This document shows, piece by piece, positions 1 to 13,750 of a stretch of 64,000 nucleotides of DNA. This DNA comes from Eutreptiella sp. 'Long Island Sound 2002' (Eukaryota; Protista; Euglenida). The stretch spans positions 43,276,001 to 43,340,000 of the forward strand of contig OZ038379.1 in assembly GCA_964036045.1 (NCBI GenBank), written 5' to 3'. Position 1 is the first letter of the stretch. Each line of letters starts with the position of its first letter. Below the pieces are notes generated by a model that made no database searches, was not told where the DNA came from, and saw only the letters and a list, made by a program, of their open reading frames with translations. The position numbers and the translations under genes were made by a program.

Positions 1-205
1 CTTTGTGTGATTGTACTTCACACCCATAGGTATCATCCACCAAAATATCACCCAAATCTGAAGCACCACGACGGAAATCTGATTTTTACCCATTTCGCGC
101 GTGCTGCTGCTTGCTGCTTGCTGCTGCTTGCTGCTGCTTGCTGCTGCTGCTGCTAAACTGGTAGGTCCACCCTAGACACTAAAAAGGGTGACCCTAGCCC
201 TAACC
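1..205 (+). mobile_element. Telomere-repeat-flanked element, 3' part of copy 1 (window-truncated, small internal deletion)
   Basis: Matches 3533-3767: a (CTGCTTG/CTG)n tract, then CCCTAGCCCTAACC. It lacks the ~32-bp segment TTATAAAACCAAGACTGGTTCCACCAGCTCAG. Confidence 0.75.
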
Positions 206-2589
206 TTTGCATCACCATTGCGTGCGCCGCCTTTGGATCTGCAATTTGTGAACCGGTCGCGGACCTCCATTGTGTGCACTGGCTTCCGATCTACATTGTG
301 CAAACCCGCCTTGGATCTCCATTGTGTGCAGCGGCTTTAGATCTCAATTCTGTGAACCGGCTTCGGATTCCCATTGTGTGAACCGGTTTTGGATTTGCAT
401 TGTATGAACCGGCTTTGGATCTCCATTGTCTAAACCGGCTTTGCATCTCCATTGTGTGAAGCGGCTTTGGATCTCCATTTTGTGAACGGGCTTGAGATCT
501 CCATTGTGTGAACCGGGCTTGAATCACCATTGAGTGAACCGGATTTGTAACTCCATTTTGTGAAACCCCTTTGGAACTCCATTGTGTGTAATGGCTTTGC
601 ATCTCTATTGGCTAAATCAGCCTTGGATTTGCATTGTGGGAACAGGCTTCGGAACTCCATTGTGTGAACCAGCTTTGGATCTCCATTGTGTGTATTAGCT
701 TTGGATGTCTGTTGTGTGAACCGGCCTTGCATCTCCATTGAGTGAACCGGCTTTGGATCTCCATTGTGTGAAGCGGCCTTCAATCTCCATTCTGTGCACC
801 GCCTTTAGATCTCCATTATGTGAACCGCCTTTGGATCTCCATAGTGTGAACCGACCTTGAATCTCCATTGTGTGAACCGCCTTTGGATCTCCATTATGTG
901 AACCGGCTTTCGATCTCCATTGTGTGAACCGGCCTTGAATCTCCATTGTGTGAACCGCCTTTGGATCTCCATTTTGTGAATCGATTGTCTGAACTAGCTT
1001 TGGATCTCCATTCTAGGAACCGGCTTTGGATCTCCATTGTGTGAACCGGCTTTGGTCCCCCATTGTCTGACCCGCCTTTGAATCTCCATTAGCTCAACCG
1101 GCCTTTTAATTCGCATTGTGTGAACCAGCTTCGGATCCACTTTGTGTGAACCGCACTTTGGATGTCCATTCTGTTAACCGGCCTTGGATCTTCATTGTGA
1201 GAACGGGGTTTCGATCTCCATTGTGTGCACTGGCTTCGCATCTGCATTTTGTGAATGGTCCTTGGATCTCCATTGTGTGCACCGGCTTTGGATCTCTATT
1301 GTCCGAAGCAGATTTGGATCTCCATTGTGTGAACCGACTTCGGATCCCCATTGTGTGAACTGGCTTCGGATCTGCATTGTGTGAACTGGCTTTGGAGCGG
1401 CATTGTGTACACCGGCTTTGGATCTCCATTGTGTGAAGCGGCCTTGGATCTCCATTGTGCGAACCAGCCTACAATCTCCATTGTGCCAATCGAGTTTGGA
1501 TGTCCATTGTGTGAACCGGCTTTGGTCCCCCATTGTGTGACCCGCCTTTGAATCTCCATTGGCTGAATCGGCCTTGGATCTACGTTGTGTGAACCGGCTT
1601 GGGATCCACTTTGTGTGGACCGCTCTTTGGATTTTGCATTGTGTTCTCCGGCCTTGGATCTCCGTTGTGTGAACCGGCATTGGATCTCCCTTGTGTGCAT
1701 TGGATTCGGATCTGCATTATGTTAACCCGCCTTGGATCTGCGTTGTGTGCAACGGCTTTGGATCTCCATTCTGTGCACCGGCTTTGGATCTCCATTATGT
1801 GAACCGGCCTTGAATCTCCATTGTGTGACACGGCCTTCGATCTCCATTATGTGAACCGGCTTTGCATCTCCCTTGTGTGAACCGGCGTTGAATCTGCATT
1901 GTTTGAACCGCCTTCCGATCTCCATTGTGTGAACCGCCTTTCGATCTCCAGTGTGTGAACCGGCTTTGCTTCTCCATTGTGTGAACCGGCCTTGGATACG
2001 CATCGTGTGACCCGGCTTCGAATCGCCATTCTGTGAACCGTCTTTGGATTTGCATTGTGTGAACCGGCTTTGGATCTCCATTGTGTGAACCGGCTTCGGA
2101 TCTCCATTGTCCGAACCGGCCTGCAATCTCCATTGTGTCAATGAACTTTGGATTTTTGGATTGTCCGAATCTGCTTTGGTCCCCCATTGTGTGACCCGGC
2201 GTTAAATCTCCATTGGCTGATTCGGCCTTGGATCTGCATTGTGTGAACCCGCTTCGGATCCACTTTTTGTGGACCTCTCTTTGCATTTCCATTGTATTAT
2301 CCGGCCTTGAATCTCCTTTGTGTGAACCGTCTTCGGCTCTCCATTGTGTGCAGTGGCTTCAGATCTGCATTATGTGAACCCGCCCAGGATCTCTAGTGTG
2401 TGCAACGGCTTTGGATCTCGATTGTGTGACGCAGATTGGGATCTCCATTGTGTGAACCGGCTTTGGATCCCCATTATGTGTACCGGCTTTGGATCTGCAT
2501 TGTGTGAACCGGCTTTGGATCTCCATTGTCTGAAGCGGCTTTGCATCTCCATTTTTTGCACCGGCTTTGGATCTCCATTGTCTGAACGT

Positions 2590-3767
2590 CCCTAACCCTA
2601 ACCCTAACCCTAATCAAGACTGAATATTGGGACCGAGCTGGTGGGGGAGGGAACATTAGATATGAATGGTGAGGGACATCAAGAATGATTCACACATTGA
2701 TGGCTCTTGACAAAGTGAAATGCACCTGAACCCCATCACCACGAGGCCCACTTTCAAGGCTTTTTGGACTTCTGAGGGGCCAAAATGCCCCAAAATGGGC
2801 TCAAAATGGGCTCATTTCACCCTTTTGTGCACCCCAAATGGTCTACGATGAGTTTTGAAAAAATGTGTTTTTGACCCATTTTTGACCCATTTTTGGTCCC
2901 AAAACAGCCCATTTTCAAGGCATTTTGGGATTTTTGGAGGACCCAAATGGGCCACCACAAGCTCAAAACAGTCCAAAAACACTTGTTTTAGCGTCGCACA
3001 TGGTCTAGGATCATTTTTGCGGAAAGTCATATTTTTACCCCTTTCGGACCCTGTTGACCCATTTGGGTACCCACCTGTTTGGGCTTGAGCTTGCAGCTTG
3101 CCACAGCCTAGTGGGCCTAGTTATTGGGGTCTAGGCGTCCGTTTGGGCAATTCTGAGGGGTGGAAACCACAAAACGTGGGGGGTTGCGGGTGGAGTAGGT
3201 GCCCTCGGAATCGCATTTTGAGCCATGTAGCCAAAGATATGGCCTATTCTTGGTTTGTGGCTATCGGCAGTTGGAGCTTCTGGGGGCCTTTTTGGGCCGT
3301 TTCCGGGACATATCATGGAGTTAGAGGGCCGCAAAGAGCTCGTTGACACGGGGAAGTCAAGCGGCACGTGGAGTGTACCCACCGTTTCCCTTCGCTTGGC
3401 CGTTTTGAATGTGTTCCAGGGCATTTTTGGCCCAAAAATATCTGTTTTTGGCCCTAAACTGCAGTTTCTGAAACTGAGGTCCGCCACTTGCGAATCCCGT
3501 TCCCGGCCGCCACCGTTGAGTTTCTTGCTCAAACTTTGTGTGATTGTACTGCACACCCATAGGTATCATCCACCAAAATTTCACCCGAATCTGAAGCACC
3601 ACGACGGAAATCTGATTTTTACCCATTTCGCGCGCGCTGCTGCTTGCTGCTTGCTGCTGCTTGCTGCTGCTGCTGCTAAACCTGGTAGGTCGACCCTAGA
3701 CACTAAAAAGGGTTATAAAACCAAGACTGGTTCCACCAGCTCAGTGACCCTAACCCTAGCCCTAACC
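2590..3767 (+). mobile_element. 1.18-kb non-coding element flanked by telomeric repeats, copy 2
   Basis: Starts with (CCCTAA)4 at 2590-2613 followed by TCAAGACTGAATATTGGG, has a (CTGCTTG)n tract at about 3636-3676, and ends CCCTAACCCTAGCCCTAACC at 3748-3767. It interrupts a satellite monomer. Mobility is inferred from the dispersed copy at 63.3 kb. Confidence 0.75.
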
Positions 3768-6176
3768 TTTGCATCACCATTGCGTGCGCCGCCTTTGGAT
3801 GTGCAATTTGTGAAGCGGTCACGGACCTCCATTGTGTGCACTGGCTTCCGATCTACATTGTGCAAACCCGCCTTGGATCTCCATTGTGTGCAGCGGCTTT
3901 AGATCTCAATTCTGTGAACCGGCTTCGGATCCCCATTGTGTGAACCGGCTTCGGATCCCCATTGTGTGAACCGGCTTTGGATTTGCATTGTAAGAACCGG
4001 CTTTGGATCTCCATTGTCTAAACCGGCTTTGCATCTCCATTGTGTGAAGCGGCTTTGGATCTCCATTTTGTGAACGGGCTTGGGATCTCCATTGTGTGAA
4101 CCGGGCTTGAATCACCATTGAGTGAACCGGATTTTTAACTCCATTTTGTGAAACCCCTTTGGAACTCCATTGTGTGTAATGGCTTTGCATCTCTATTGGC
4201 TAAATCGGCCTTGGATTTGCATTGTGGGAACAGGCTTCGGAACTCCATTGTGTGAACGAGCTTTGGATCTCCATTGTGTGTATTGGCTTTGGATGTCTGT
4301 TGTGTGAACCGGCCTTGCATCTCCATTGCGTGAACCGGCTTTGGATCTCCATTGTGTGAAGCGGCCTTCAATCTCCATTCTGTGCACCGCCTTTAGATCT
4401 TCATTATGTGAACCGCCTTTGGATCTCCATAGTGTGAACCGACCTTGGATCTCCAATGTGTGAACCGGCCTTGGATCTCCATTATGTGAACCGGCTTTGG
4501 ATCTCCATTGTGTGAACCGGCCTTGAATCTCCATTGTGTGAACCGCCTTTGGATCTCCATTTTGTGAACCGATTGTCTGAACTAGCTTTGGATCTCCATT
4601 CTGGGAACCGGCTTCGGATCTCCATTGTGTGAACCGGCTTTGGTCCCCCATTGTCTGACCCGGCCTTGAATCTCCATTAGCTCAACCGGCCTTGGAATTC
4701 GCATTGTGTGAACCAGCTTCGGATCCACTTTGTGTGAACCGCACTTTGGGTGTCCATTCTGTTAACCGGCCTTGGATCTTCATTGTGAGAACGGGGTTTC
4801 GATCTCCATTGTGTGCACTAGCTTCGCATCTGCATTTTGTGAATGGTCCTTGGATCTCCATTGTGTGCACCGGCTTTGGATCTCTATTGTCCGAAGCATA
4901 TTTGGATCTCCATTGTGTGAACCGACTTCGGATCCCCATTGTGTGAACTGGCTTCGGATCTGCATTGTGTGAACCGGCTTTGGAGCGGCATTGTGTACAC
5001 CAGCTTTGGATCTCCATTGTGTGAAGCGGCCTTGGATTTCCATTGTGCGAACCAGCCTACAATCTCCATTGTGCCAATCGAGTTTGGATGTCCATTGTGT
5101 GACTGGCTTTGGTCCCCCATTGAGTGACCCGCCTTTGAATCTCCATTGGCTGAATCGGCCTTGGATCTATGGTGTGTGAACCGGCTTGGGATCCACTTTG
5201 TGTGGACCGCTCTTTGGATTTTGCACTGTGATATCCGGCCTTGGATCTCCGTTGTGTGAACCGGCATTGGATCTCCCTTGTGTGCATTGGATTCGGATCT
5301 GCATTATGTTAACCCGCCTTGGATCTGCGTTGTGTGCAACGGCTTTGGATCTCCATTCTGTGCACCGGCTTTGGATCTCCATTATGTGAACCGGCCTTGA
5401 ATCTCCATTGTGTGACACGGCCTTCGATCTCCATTATGTGAACCGGCTTTGCATCTCCCTTGTGTGAACCGGCGTTGAATCTGCATTGTTTGAACCGCCT
5501 TCCGATCTCCATTGTGTGAACCGCCTTTCGATCTCCAGTGTGTGAACCGGCTTTGCTTCTCCATTGTGTGAACCGGCCTTGGATACGCATCGTGTGACCC
5601 GGCTTCGAATCGCCATTCTGTGAACCGTCTTTGGATTTGCATTGTGTGAACCGGCTTTGGATCTCCATTGTGTGAACCGGCTTCGGATCTCCATTGTCCG
5701 AACCGGCCTGCAATCTCCATTGTGTCAATGAACTTTGGATTTTTGGATTGTCCGAATCTGCTTTGGTCCCCCATTGTGTGACCCGGCGTTAAATCTCCAT
5801 TGGCTGATTCGGCCTTGGATCTGCATTGTGTGAACCCGCTTCGGATCCACTTTTTGTGGACCTCTCTTTGCATTTCCATTGTATTATCCGGCCTTGAATC
5901 TCCTTTGTGTGAACCGTCTTCGGCTCTCCATTGTGTGCAGTGGCTTCAGATCTGCATTATGTGAACCCGCCCAGGATCTCTAGTGTGTGCAACGGCTTTG
6001 GATCTCGATTGTGTGACGCAGATTGGGATCTCCATTGTGTGAACCGGCTTTGGATCCCCATTATGTGTACCGGCTTTGGATCTGCATTGTGTGAACCGGC
6101 TTTGGATCTCCATTGTCTGAAGCGGCTTTGCATCTCCATTTTTTGCACCGGCTTTGGATCTCCATTGTCTGAACGT

Positions 6177-7354
6177 CCCTAACCCTAACCCTAACCCTAA
6201 TCAAGACTGAATATTGGGACCGAGCTGGTGGGGGAGGGAACATTAGATATGAATGGTGAGGGACATCAAGAATGATTCACACATTGATGGCTCTTGACAA
6301 AGTGAAATGCACCTGAACCCCATCACCACGAGGCCCACTTTCAAGGCTTTTTGGACTTCTGAGGGGCCAAAATGCCCCAAAATGGGCTCAAAATGGGCTC
6401 ATTTCACCCTTTTGTGCACCCCAAATGGTCTACGATGAGTTTTGAAAAAATGTGTTTTTGACCCATTTTTGACCCATTTTTGGTCCCAAAACAGCCCATT
6501 TTCAAGGCATTTTGGGATTTTTGGAGGACCCAAATGGGCCACCACAAGCTCAAAACAGTCCAAAAACACTTGTTTTAGCGTCGCACATGGTCTAGGGTCA
6601 TTTTTGCGGAAAGTCATATTTTTACCCCTTTCGGACCCTGTTGACCCATTTGGGTACCCACCTGTTTGGGCTTGAGCTTGCAGCTTGCCACAGCCTAGTG
6701 GGCCTAGATATTGGGGTCTAGGCGTCCGTTTGGGCAATTCTGAGGGGTGGAAACCACAAAACGTGGGGGGTTGCGGGTGGAGTAGGTGCCCTCGGAATCG
6801 CATTTTGAGCCATGTAGCCAAAGATATGGCCTATTCTTGGTTTGTGGCTATCGGCAGTTGGAGCTTCTGGGGGCCTTTTTGGGACGTTTCCGGGACATAT
6901 CATGGAGTTAGAGGGCCGCAAAGAGCTCGTTGACACGGGGAAGTCAAGCGGCACGTGGAGTGTACCCACCGTTTCCCTTCGCTTGGCCGTTTTGAATGTG
7001 TTCCAGGGCATTTTTGGCCCAAAAATATCTGTTTTTGGCCCTAAACTGCAGTTTCTGAAACTGAGGTCCGCCACTTGCGAATCCCGTTCCCGGCCGCCAC
7101 CGTTGAGTTTCTTGCTCAAACTTTGTGTGATTGTACTTCACACCCATAGGTATCATCCACCAAAATTTCACCCGAATCTGAAGCACCACGACGGAAATCT
7201 GATTTTTACCCATTTCGCGCGCGCTGCTGCTTGCTGCTTGCTGCTGCTTGCTGCTGCTGCTGCTAAACCTGGTAGGTCGACCCTAGACACTAAAAAGGGT
7301 TATAAAACCAAGACTGGTTCCACCAGCTCAGTGACCCTAACCCTAGCCCTAACC
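6177..7354 (+). mobile_element. 1.18-kb telomere-repeat-flanked element, copy 3
   Basis: Near-identical to 2590-3767 at offset 3587. Confidence 0.75.
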
Positions 7355-8259
7355 TTTGCATCACCATTGCGTGCGCCGCCTTTGGATGTGCAATTTGTGA
7401 AGCGGTCACGGACCTCAATTGTGTGCACTGGCTTCCGATCTACATTGTGCAAACCCGCCTTGGATCTCCATTGTGTGCAGCGGCTTTAGATCTCAATTCT
7501 GTGAACCGGCTTCGGATCCCCATTGTGTGAACCGGCTTCGGATCCCCATTGTGTGAACCGGCTTTGGATTTGCATTGTAAGAACCGGCTTTGGATCTCCA
7601 TTGTCTAAACCGGCTTTGCATCTCCATTGTGTGAAGCGGCTTTGGATCTCCATTTTGTGAACGGGCTTGGGATCTCCATTGTGTGAACCGGGCTTGAATC
7701 ACCATTGAGTGAACCGGATTTTTAACTCCATTTTGTGAAACCCCTTTGGAACTCCATTGTGTGTAATGGCTTTGCATCTCTATTGGCTAAATCGGCCTTG
7801 GATTTGCATTGTGGGAACAGGCTTCGGAACTCCATTGTGTGAACCAGCTTTGGATCTCCATTGTGTGTATTGGCTTTGGATGTCTGTTGTGTGAACCGGC
7901 CTTGCATCTCCATTGCGTGAACCGGCTTTGGATCTCCATTGTGTGAAGCGGCCTTCAATCTCCATTCTGTGCACCGCCTTTAGATCTTCATTATGTGAAC
8001 CGCCTTTGGATCTCCATAGTGTGAACCGACCTTGGATCTCCAATGTGTGAACCGGCCTTGGATCTCCATTATGTGAACCGGCTTTGGATCTCCATTGTGT
8101 GAACCGGCCTTGAATCTCCATTGTGTGAACCGCCTTTGGATCTCCATTTTGTGAACCGATTGTCTGAACTAGCTTTGGATCTCCATTCTGGGAACCGGCT
8201 TCGGATCTCCATTGTGTGAACCGGTTTGGTCCCCCATTGTCTGACCCGGCCTTGAATCT

Positions 8260-11200
8260 CCATTAGCTCAACCGGCCTTGGAATTCGCATTGTGTGAACC
8301 AGCTTCGGATCCACTTTGTGTGAACCGCACTTTGGCCGTCCATTCTGTTAACCGGCCTTGGATCTTCATTGTGAGAACGGGGTTTCGATCTCCATTGTGT
8401 GCACTAGCTTCGCATCTGCATTTTGTGAATGGTCCTTGGATCTCCATTGTGTGCACCGGCTTTGGATCTCTATTGTCCGAAGCATATTTGGATCTCCATT
8501 GTGTGAACCGACTTCGGATCCCCATTCTGTGAACTGGCTTCGGATCTGCATTGTGTGAACCGGCTTTGGAGCGGCATTGTGTACACCGGCTTTGGATCTC
8601 CATTGTGTGAAGCGGCCTTGGATTTCCATTGTGCGAACCAGCCTACAATCTCCATTGTGCCAATCGAGTTTGGATGTCCATTGTGTGAACCGGCTTTGGT
8701 CCCCCATTGAGTGACCCGCCTTTGAATCTCCATTGGCTGAATCGGCCTTGGATCTATGGTGTGTGAACCGGCTTGGGATCCACTTTGTGTGGACCGCTCT
8801 TTGGATTTTGCATTGTGATATCCGGCCTTGGATCTCCATTGTGTGAACCGGCATTGGATCTCCATTGTGTGCATTGGATTCGGATCTGCATTATGTTAAC
8901 CCGCCTTGGATCTGCGTTGTGTGCAACGGCGTTGAATCTGCATTGTTTGAACCGCCTTCCGATCTCCATTGTGTGAACCGCCTTTCGATCTCCAGTGTGT
9001 GAACCGGCTTTGCTTCTCCATTGTGTGAACCGGCCTTGGATACGCATCGTGTGGCCCGGCTTCGAATCGCCATTGTGTGAACTGTTTTTGGATTTGCATT
9101 GTGTGAACCGGCTTTGGATCTCCATTGTGGGAACCGGCCTTGAATCTCCATTGTGTGAACCGCCTTTGGATCTCCATTTTGTGAACCGATTGTCTGAACT
9201 AGCTTTAGATCTCCATTCTGGGAACCGGCTTTGGATCTCCATTGTGTGAACCGGCTTTGGTCCCCCATTGTCTGACCCGGCTTTGAATCTCCATTAGCTC
9301 AACCGGCCTTGGAATTCGCATTGTGTGAACCAGCTTCGGATCCACTTTGTGTGAACCGCACTTTGGGTGTCCATTCTGTTAACCGGCCTTGGATCTTCAT
9401 TGTGAGAACCGGGTTTCGATCTCCATTGTGTGCACTGGCTTCGCATCTGCATTTTGTGAATGGTCCTTGGATCTCCATTGTGTGCACCGGCTTTGGATCT
9501 CTATTGTCCGAAGCAGATTTGGATCTCCATTGTGTGAACCGACTTCGGATCCCCATTGTGTGAACTGGCTTCGGATCTGCATTGTGTGAACCGGCTTTGG
9601 AGCGGCATTGTGCACACCGGCTTTGGATCTCCATTGTGTGAAGTCGCCTTGTATTTCCATTGTGCGAACCAGCCTACAATCTCCATTGTGCCAATCGAGT
9701 TTGGATGTCCATTGTGTGAACCGGCTTTGGTCCCCCATTGTGTGACCCGCCTTTCAATATGCATTGGCTGAATCGGCCTTGGATCTATGGTGTGTGAACC
9801 GGCTTGGGATCCACTTTGTGTGGACCGCTCTTTGGATTTTGCATTCTGTTATCCGGCCTTGGATCTCCATTGTGTGAACCGGCATTGGATCTCCATTGTA
9901 TGCATTGGATTCGGATCTGCATTATGTTTACCCGCCTTGGATCTGCGTTGTGTGCAACGGCTTTGGATCTCCATTGTGTGCACCGGCTTTGGATCTCCAT
10001 TCTGTGAACCGGCCTTGAATCTCCATTGTGTGACACGGCCTTCGATCTCCATTATGTGAACCGGCTTTGCATCTCCCTTGTGTGAACCAGCGTTGAATCT
10101 GCATTGTTTGAACCGCCTTCCGATCTCCATTGTGTGAACCGCCTTTCGATCTCCAGTGTGTGAACCGGCTTTGCTTCTCCATTGTGTGAACCGGCCTTGG
10201 ATACGCATCGTGTGGGCCGGCTTCGAATCGCCATTGTGTGAACCGTCTTTGGATTTGCATTGTGTGAACCAGCTTTGGATCTCCATTGTGTGAACCGGCC
10301 TTGAATCTCCATTGTGTGAACCGCCTTTGGATCTTCATTTTGTGAACCGATTGTCTGAACTAGCTTTAGATCTCCATTCTGGGAACCGGCTTTGGATCTC
10401 CCTTGTGTGAACCGGCTTTGAATCTCCATTAGCTCAACCGGCCTTGGAATTCGCATTGTGTGAACCAGCTTCGGATCCACTTTGTGTGAACCGCACTTTG
10501 GGTGTCCATTCTGTTAACCGGCCTTGGATCTTCATTGTGAGAACCGGGTTTCGATCTCCATTGTGTGCACTGGCTTCGCATCTGCATTTTGTGAATGGTC
10601 CTTGGATCTCCATTGTGTGCACCGACTTTGGATCTCTATTGTCCGAAGCAGATTTGGATCTCCATTGTGTGAACCGACTTCGGATCCCCATTGTGTGAAC
10701 TGGCTTCGGATCTGCATTGTGTGAATTGGCTTTGGAGCGGCATTGTATACACCGGCTTTGGATCTCCATTGTGTGAAGCGGCCTTGGATCTCCATTGTGC
10801 GAACCAGCCTACAATCTCCATTGTGCCAATCGAGTTTGGATGTCCATTGTGTGAACTGCCTTTGGTCCCCCATTGTGTGACCCGCCTTTGAATCTCCATT
10901 GGCTGAATCGGCCTTGGATCTATGGTGTGTGAACCGGCTTGGGATCCACTTTGTGTGGACCGCTCTTTGGATTTTGCATTGTGTTATCCGGCCTTGGATC
11001 TCCATGGTGTGAACCGGCATTGGATCTCCATTGTGTGCATTGGATTCGGATCTGCATTATGTTAACCCGCCTTGGATCTGCGTTGTGTGCAACGGCTTTG
11101 GATCTCCATTGTGTGTACCGGCTTTGGATCTCCATTCTGTGAACCGGCCTTGAATCTCCATTGTGTGACACGGCCTTCGATCTCCATTATGTGAACCAGC

Positions 11201-13750
11201 TTTGCATCTCCCCTGTGTGAACCGGCGTTGAATCTGCATTGTTTGAACCGCCTTCCGATCTCCATTGTGTGAACCGCCTTTCGATCTCCATTGTGTGAAC
11301 CGGCTTTGCTTCTCCATTGTGTGAACCGGCCTTGGATACGCATCGTGTGGCGCGGCTTCGAATCGCCATTGTGTGAACCGTCTTTGGATTTGCATTGTGT
11401 GAACCGGCTTTGGATCTCCATTGTGGGAACCGGCCTTGAATCTCCATTGTGTGAACCGCCTTTGGATCTCCATTTTGTGAACGGATTGTCTGAACTAGCT
11501 TTAGATCTCCATTCTGGGAACCGGCTTTGGATCTCCATTGTGTGAACCGGCTTTGGTCCCCCATTGTGTGACCCGGCTTTGAATCTCCATTAGCTCAACC
11601 GGCCTTGGAATTCGCATTGTGTGAACCAGCTTCGGATCCACTTTGTGTGAACCGCACTTTGGGTGTCCATTCTGTTAACCGGCCTTGGATCTTCATTGTG
11701 AGAACCGGGTTTCGATCTCCATTGTGTGCACTGGCTTCGCATCTGCATTTTGTGAATGGTCCTTGGATCTCCATTGTGTGCACCGGCTTTGGATCTCTAT
11801 TGTCCGAAGCAGATTTGGATCTCCATTGTGTGAACCGACTTCGGATCCCCATTCTGTGAACTGGCTTCGGATCTGCATTGTGTGAACTGGCTTTGGAGCG
11901 GCATTGTGTACACCGGCTTTGGATCTCCATTGTGTGAAGCGGCCTTGGATTTCCATTGTGCGAACCAGCCTACAATCTCCATTGTGCCAATCGAGTTTGG
12001 ATGTCCATTGTGTGAACCGGCTTTGGTCCCCCATTGTGTGACCCGCCTTTGAATCTCCATTGGCTGAATCGGCCTTGGATCTATGTTGTGTGAACCGGCT
12101 TACGATCCACTTTGTGTGGACCGCTCTTTGGATTTTGCATTGTGTTCTCACGCCTTGGATCTCCATTGTGTGAACCGGCATTGGATCTCCATTGTGTGCA
12201 TTGGATTCGGATCTGCATTATGTTAACCCGCCTTGGATCTGCGTTGTGTGCAACGGCTTTGGATCTCCATTGTGTGCACCGGCTTTGGATCTCCATTCTG
12301 TGAACCGGCCTTGAATCTCCATTGTGTGACACGGCCTTCGAGCTCCATTATGTGAACCGGCTTTGCATCTCCCTTGTGTGAACCGGCGTTGAATCTGCAT
12401 TGTTTGAACCGCCTTCCGGTCTCCATTGTGTGAACCGCCTTTCGATCTCCAGTGTGTGAACCGGCTTTGCTTCTCCATTGTGTGAACCGGCCTTGGATAC
12501 GCATCGTGTGGCGCGGCTTCGAATCGCCATTGTGTGAACCGTCTTTGGATTTGCATTGTGTGAACCGGCTTTGGATCTCCATTGTGGGAACCGGCCTTGA
12601 ATCTCCATTGTGTGAACCGCCTTTGGATCTCCATTTTGTGAACCGATTGTCTGAACTAGCTTTAGATCTCCATTCTGGGAACCGGCTTTGGATCTCCATT
12701 GTGTGAACCGGCTTTGGTCCCCCATTATCTGACCCGGCTTTGAATCTCTATTAGCTCAACCGGCCTTGGAATTCGCATTGTGTGAACCAGCTTCGGATCC
12801 ACTTTGTGTGAACCGCACTTTGGGTGTCCATTCTGTTAACCGGCCTTGAATCTTCATTGTGAGAACCGGGTTTCGATCTCCATTGTGTGCACTGGCTTCG
12901 CATCTGCATTTTGTGAATGGTCCTTGGATCTCCATTGTGTGCACCGGCTTTGGATCTCTATTGTCCGAAGCATATTTGGATCTCCATTGTGTGAACCGAC
13001 TTCGGATCCCCATTCTGTGAACTGGCTTTGGATCTGCATTGTGTGAACTGGCTTTGGAGCGGCATTGTATACACCGGCCCTTGGATCTCCATTGTGTGAA
13101 GCGGCCTTGGATTTCCATTGTGCGAACCAGCCTACAATCTCCATTGTGCCAATCGAGTTTGGATGTCCATTGTGTGAACCGGCTTTGGTCCCCCATTGTG
13201 TGACCCGCCTTTCAATCTCCATTGGCTGAATCGGCCTTGGATCTATGTTGTGTGAACCGGCTTGGGATCCACTTTGTGTGGACCGCTCTTTGGATTTTGC
13301 ATTGTGATATCCGGCCTTGGATCTCCGTTGTGTGAACCGGCATTGGATCTCCCTTGTGTGCATTGGATTCGGATCTGCATTATGTTAACCCGCCTTGGAT
13401 CTGCGTTGTGTGCAACGGCTTTGGATCTCCATGGTGTGCACCGGCTTTGGATCTCCATTCTGTGAACCGGCCTTGAATCTCCATTGTGTGACACGGCCTT
13501 CGATCTCCATTATGTGAACCGGCTTTGCATCTCCCTTGTGTGAACCGGCGTTGAATCTGCATTGTTTGAACCGCCTTCCGATCTCCATTGTGTGAACCGC
13601 CTTTCGATCTCCAGTGTGTGAACCGGCTTTGCTTCTCCATTGTGTGAACCGGCCTTGGATACGCATCGTGTGGCGCGGCTTCGAATCGCCATTGTGTGAA
13701 CCGTCTTTGGATTTGCATTGTGTGAACCGGCTTTGGATCTCCATTGTGTG
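8260..13750. repeat. ~1.03-1.16-kb higher-order repeat of the 26-bp satellite, about 5 copies
   Basis: The marker variant CTCAACCGGCCTTGGAATTCGC recurs at about 8268, 9299, 10434, 11595 and 12756 (spacings 1031, 1135, 1161, 1161). Confidence 0.9.

Larger units (their letters stand above)
1..8990. repeat. 3,587-bp higher-order repeat (satellite block plus inserted element), about 2.5 copies
   Basis: Diagnostic ORFs and junctions recur at an offset of exactly 3587 (2812/6399, 3255/6842, 3906/7493, 2590/6177) and the copies are near-identical. Confidence 0.93.

Noticed and set aside
2695-2722. Hammerhead ribozyme core in the telomere-flanked element (TTGATGG...GAAA)
   Set aside because: It lacks the invariant CUGANGA and has no adequate stem II.
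3255-3902. 215-aa ORF (also 6842-7489) as a gene of the telomere-flanked element
   Set aside because: It runs through the CTG tract, the telomeric run and into satellite, starts at a non-ATG codon, and has no recognisable domain.
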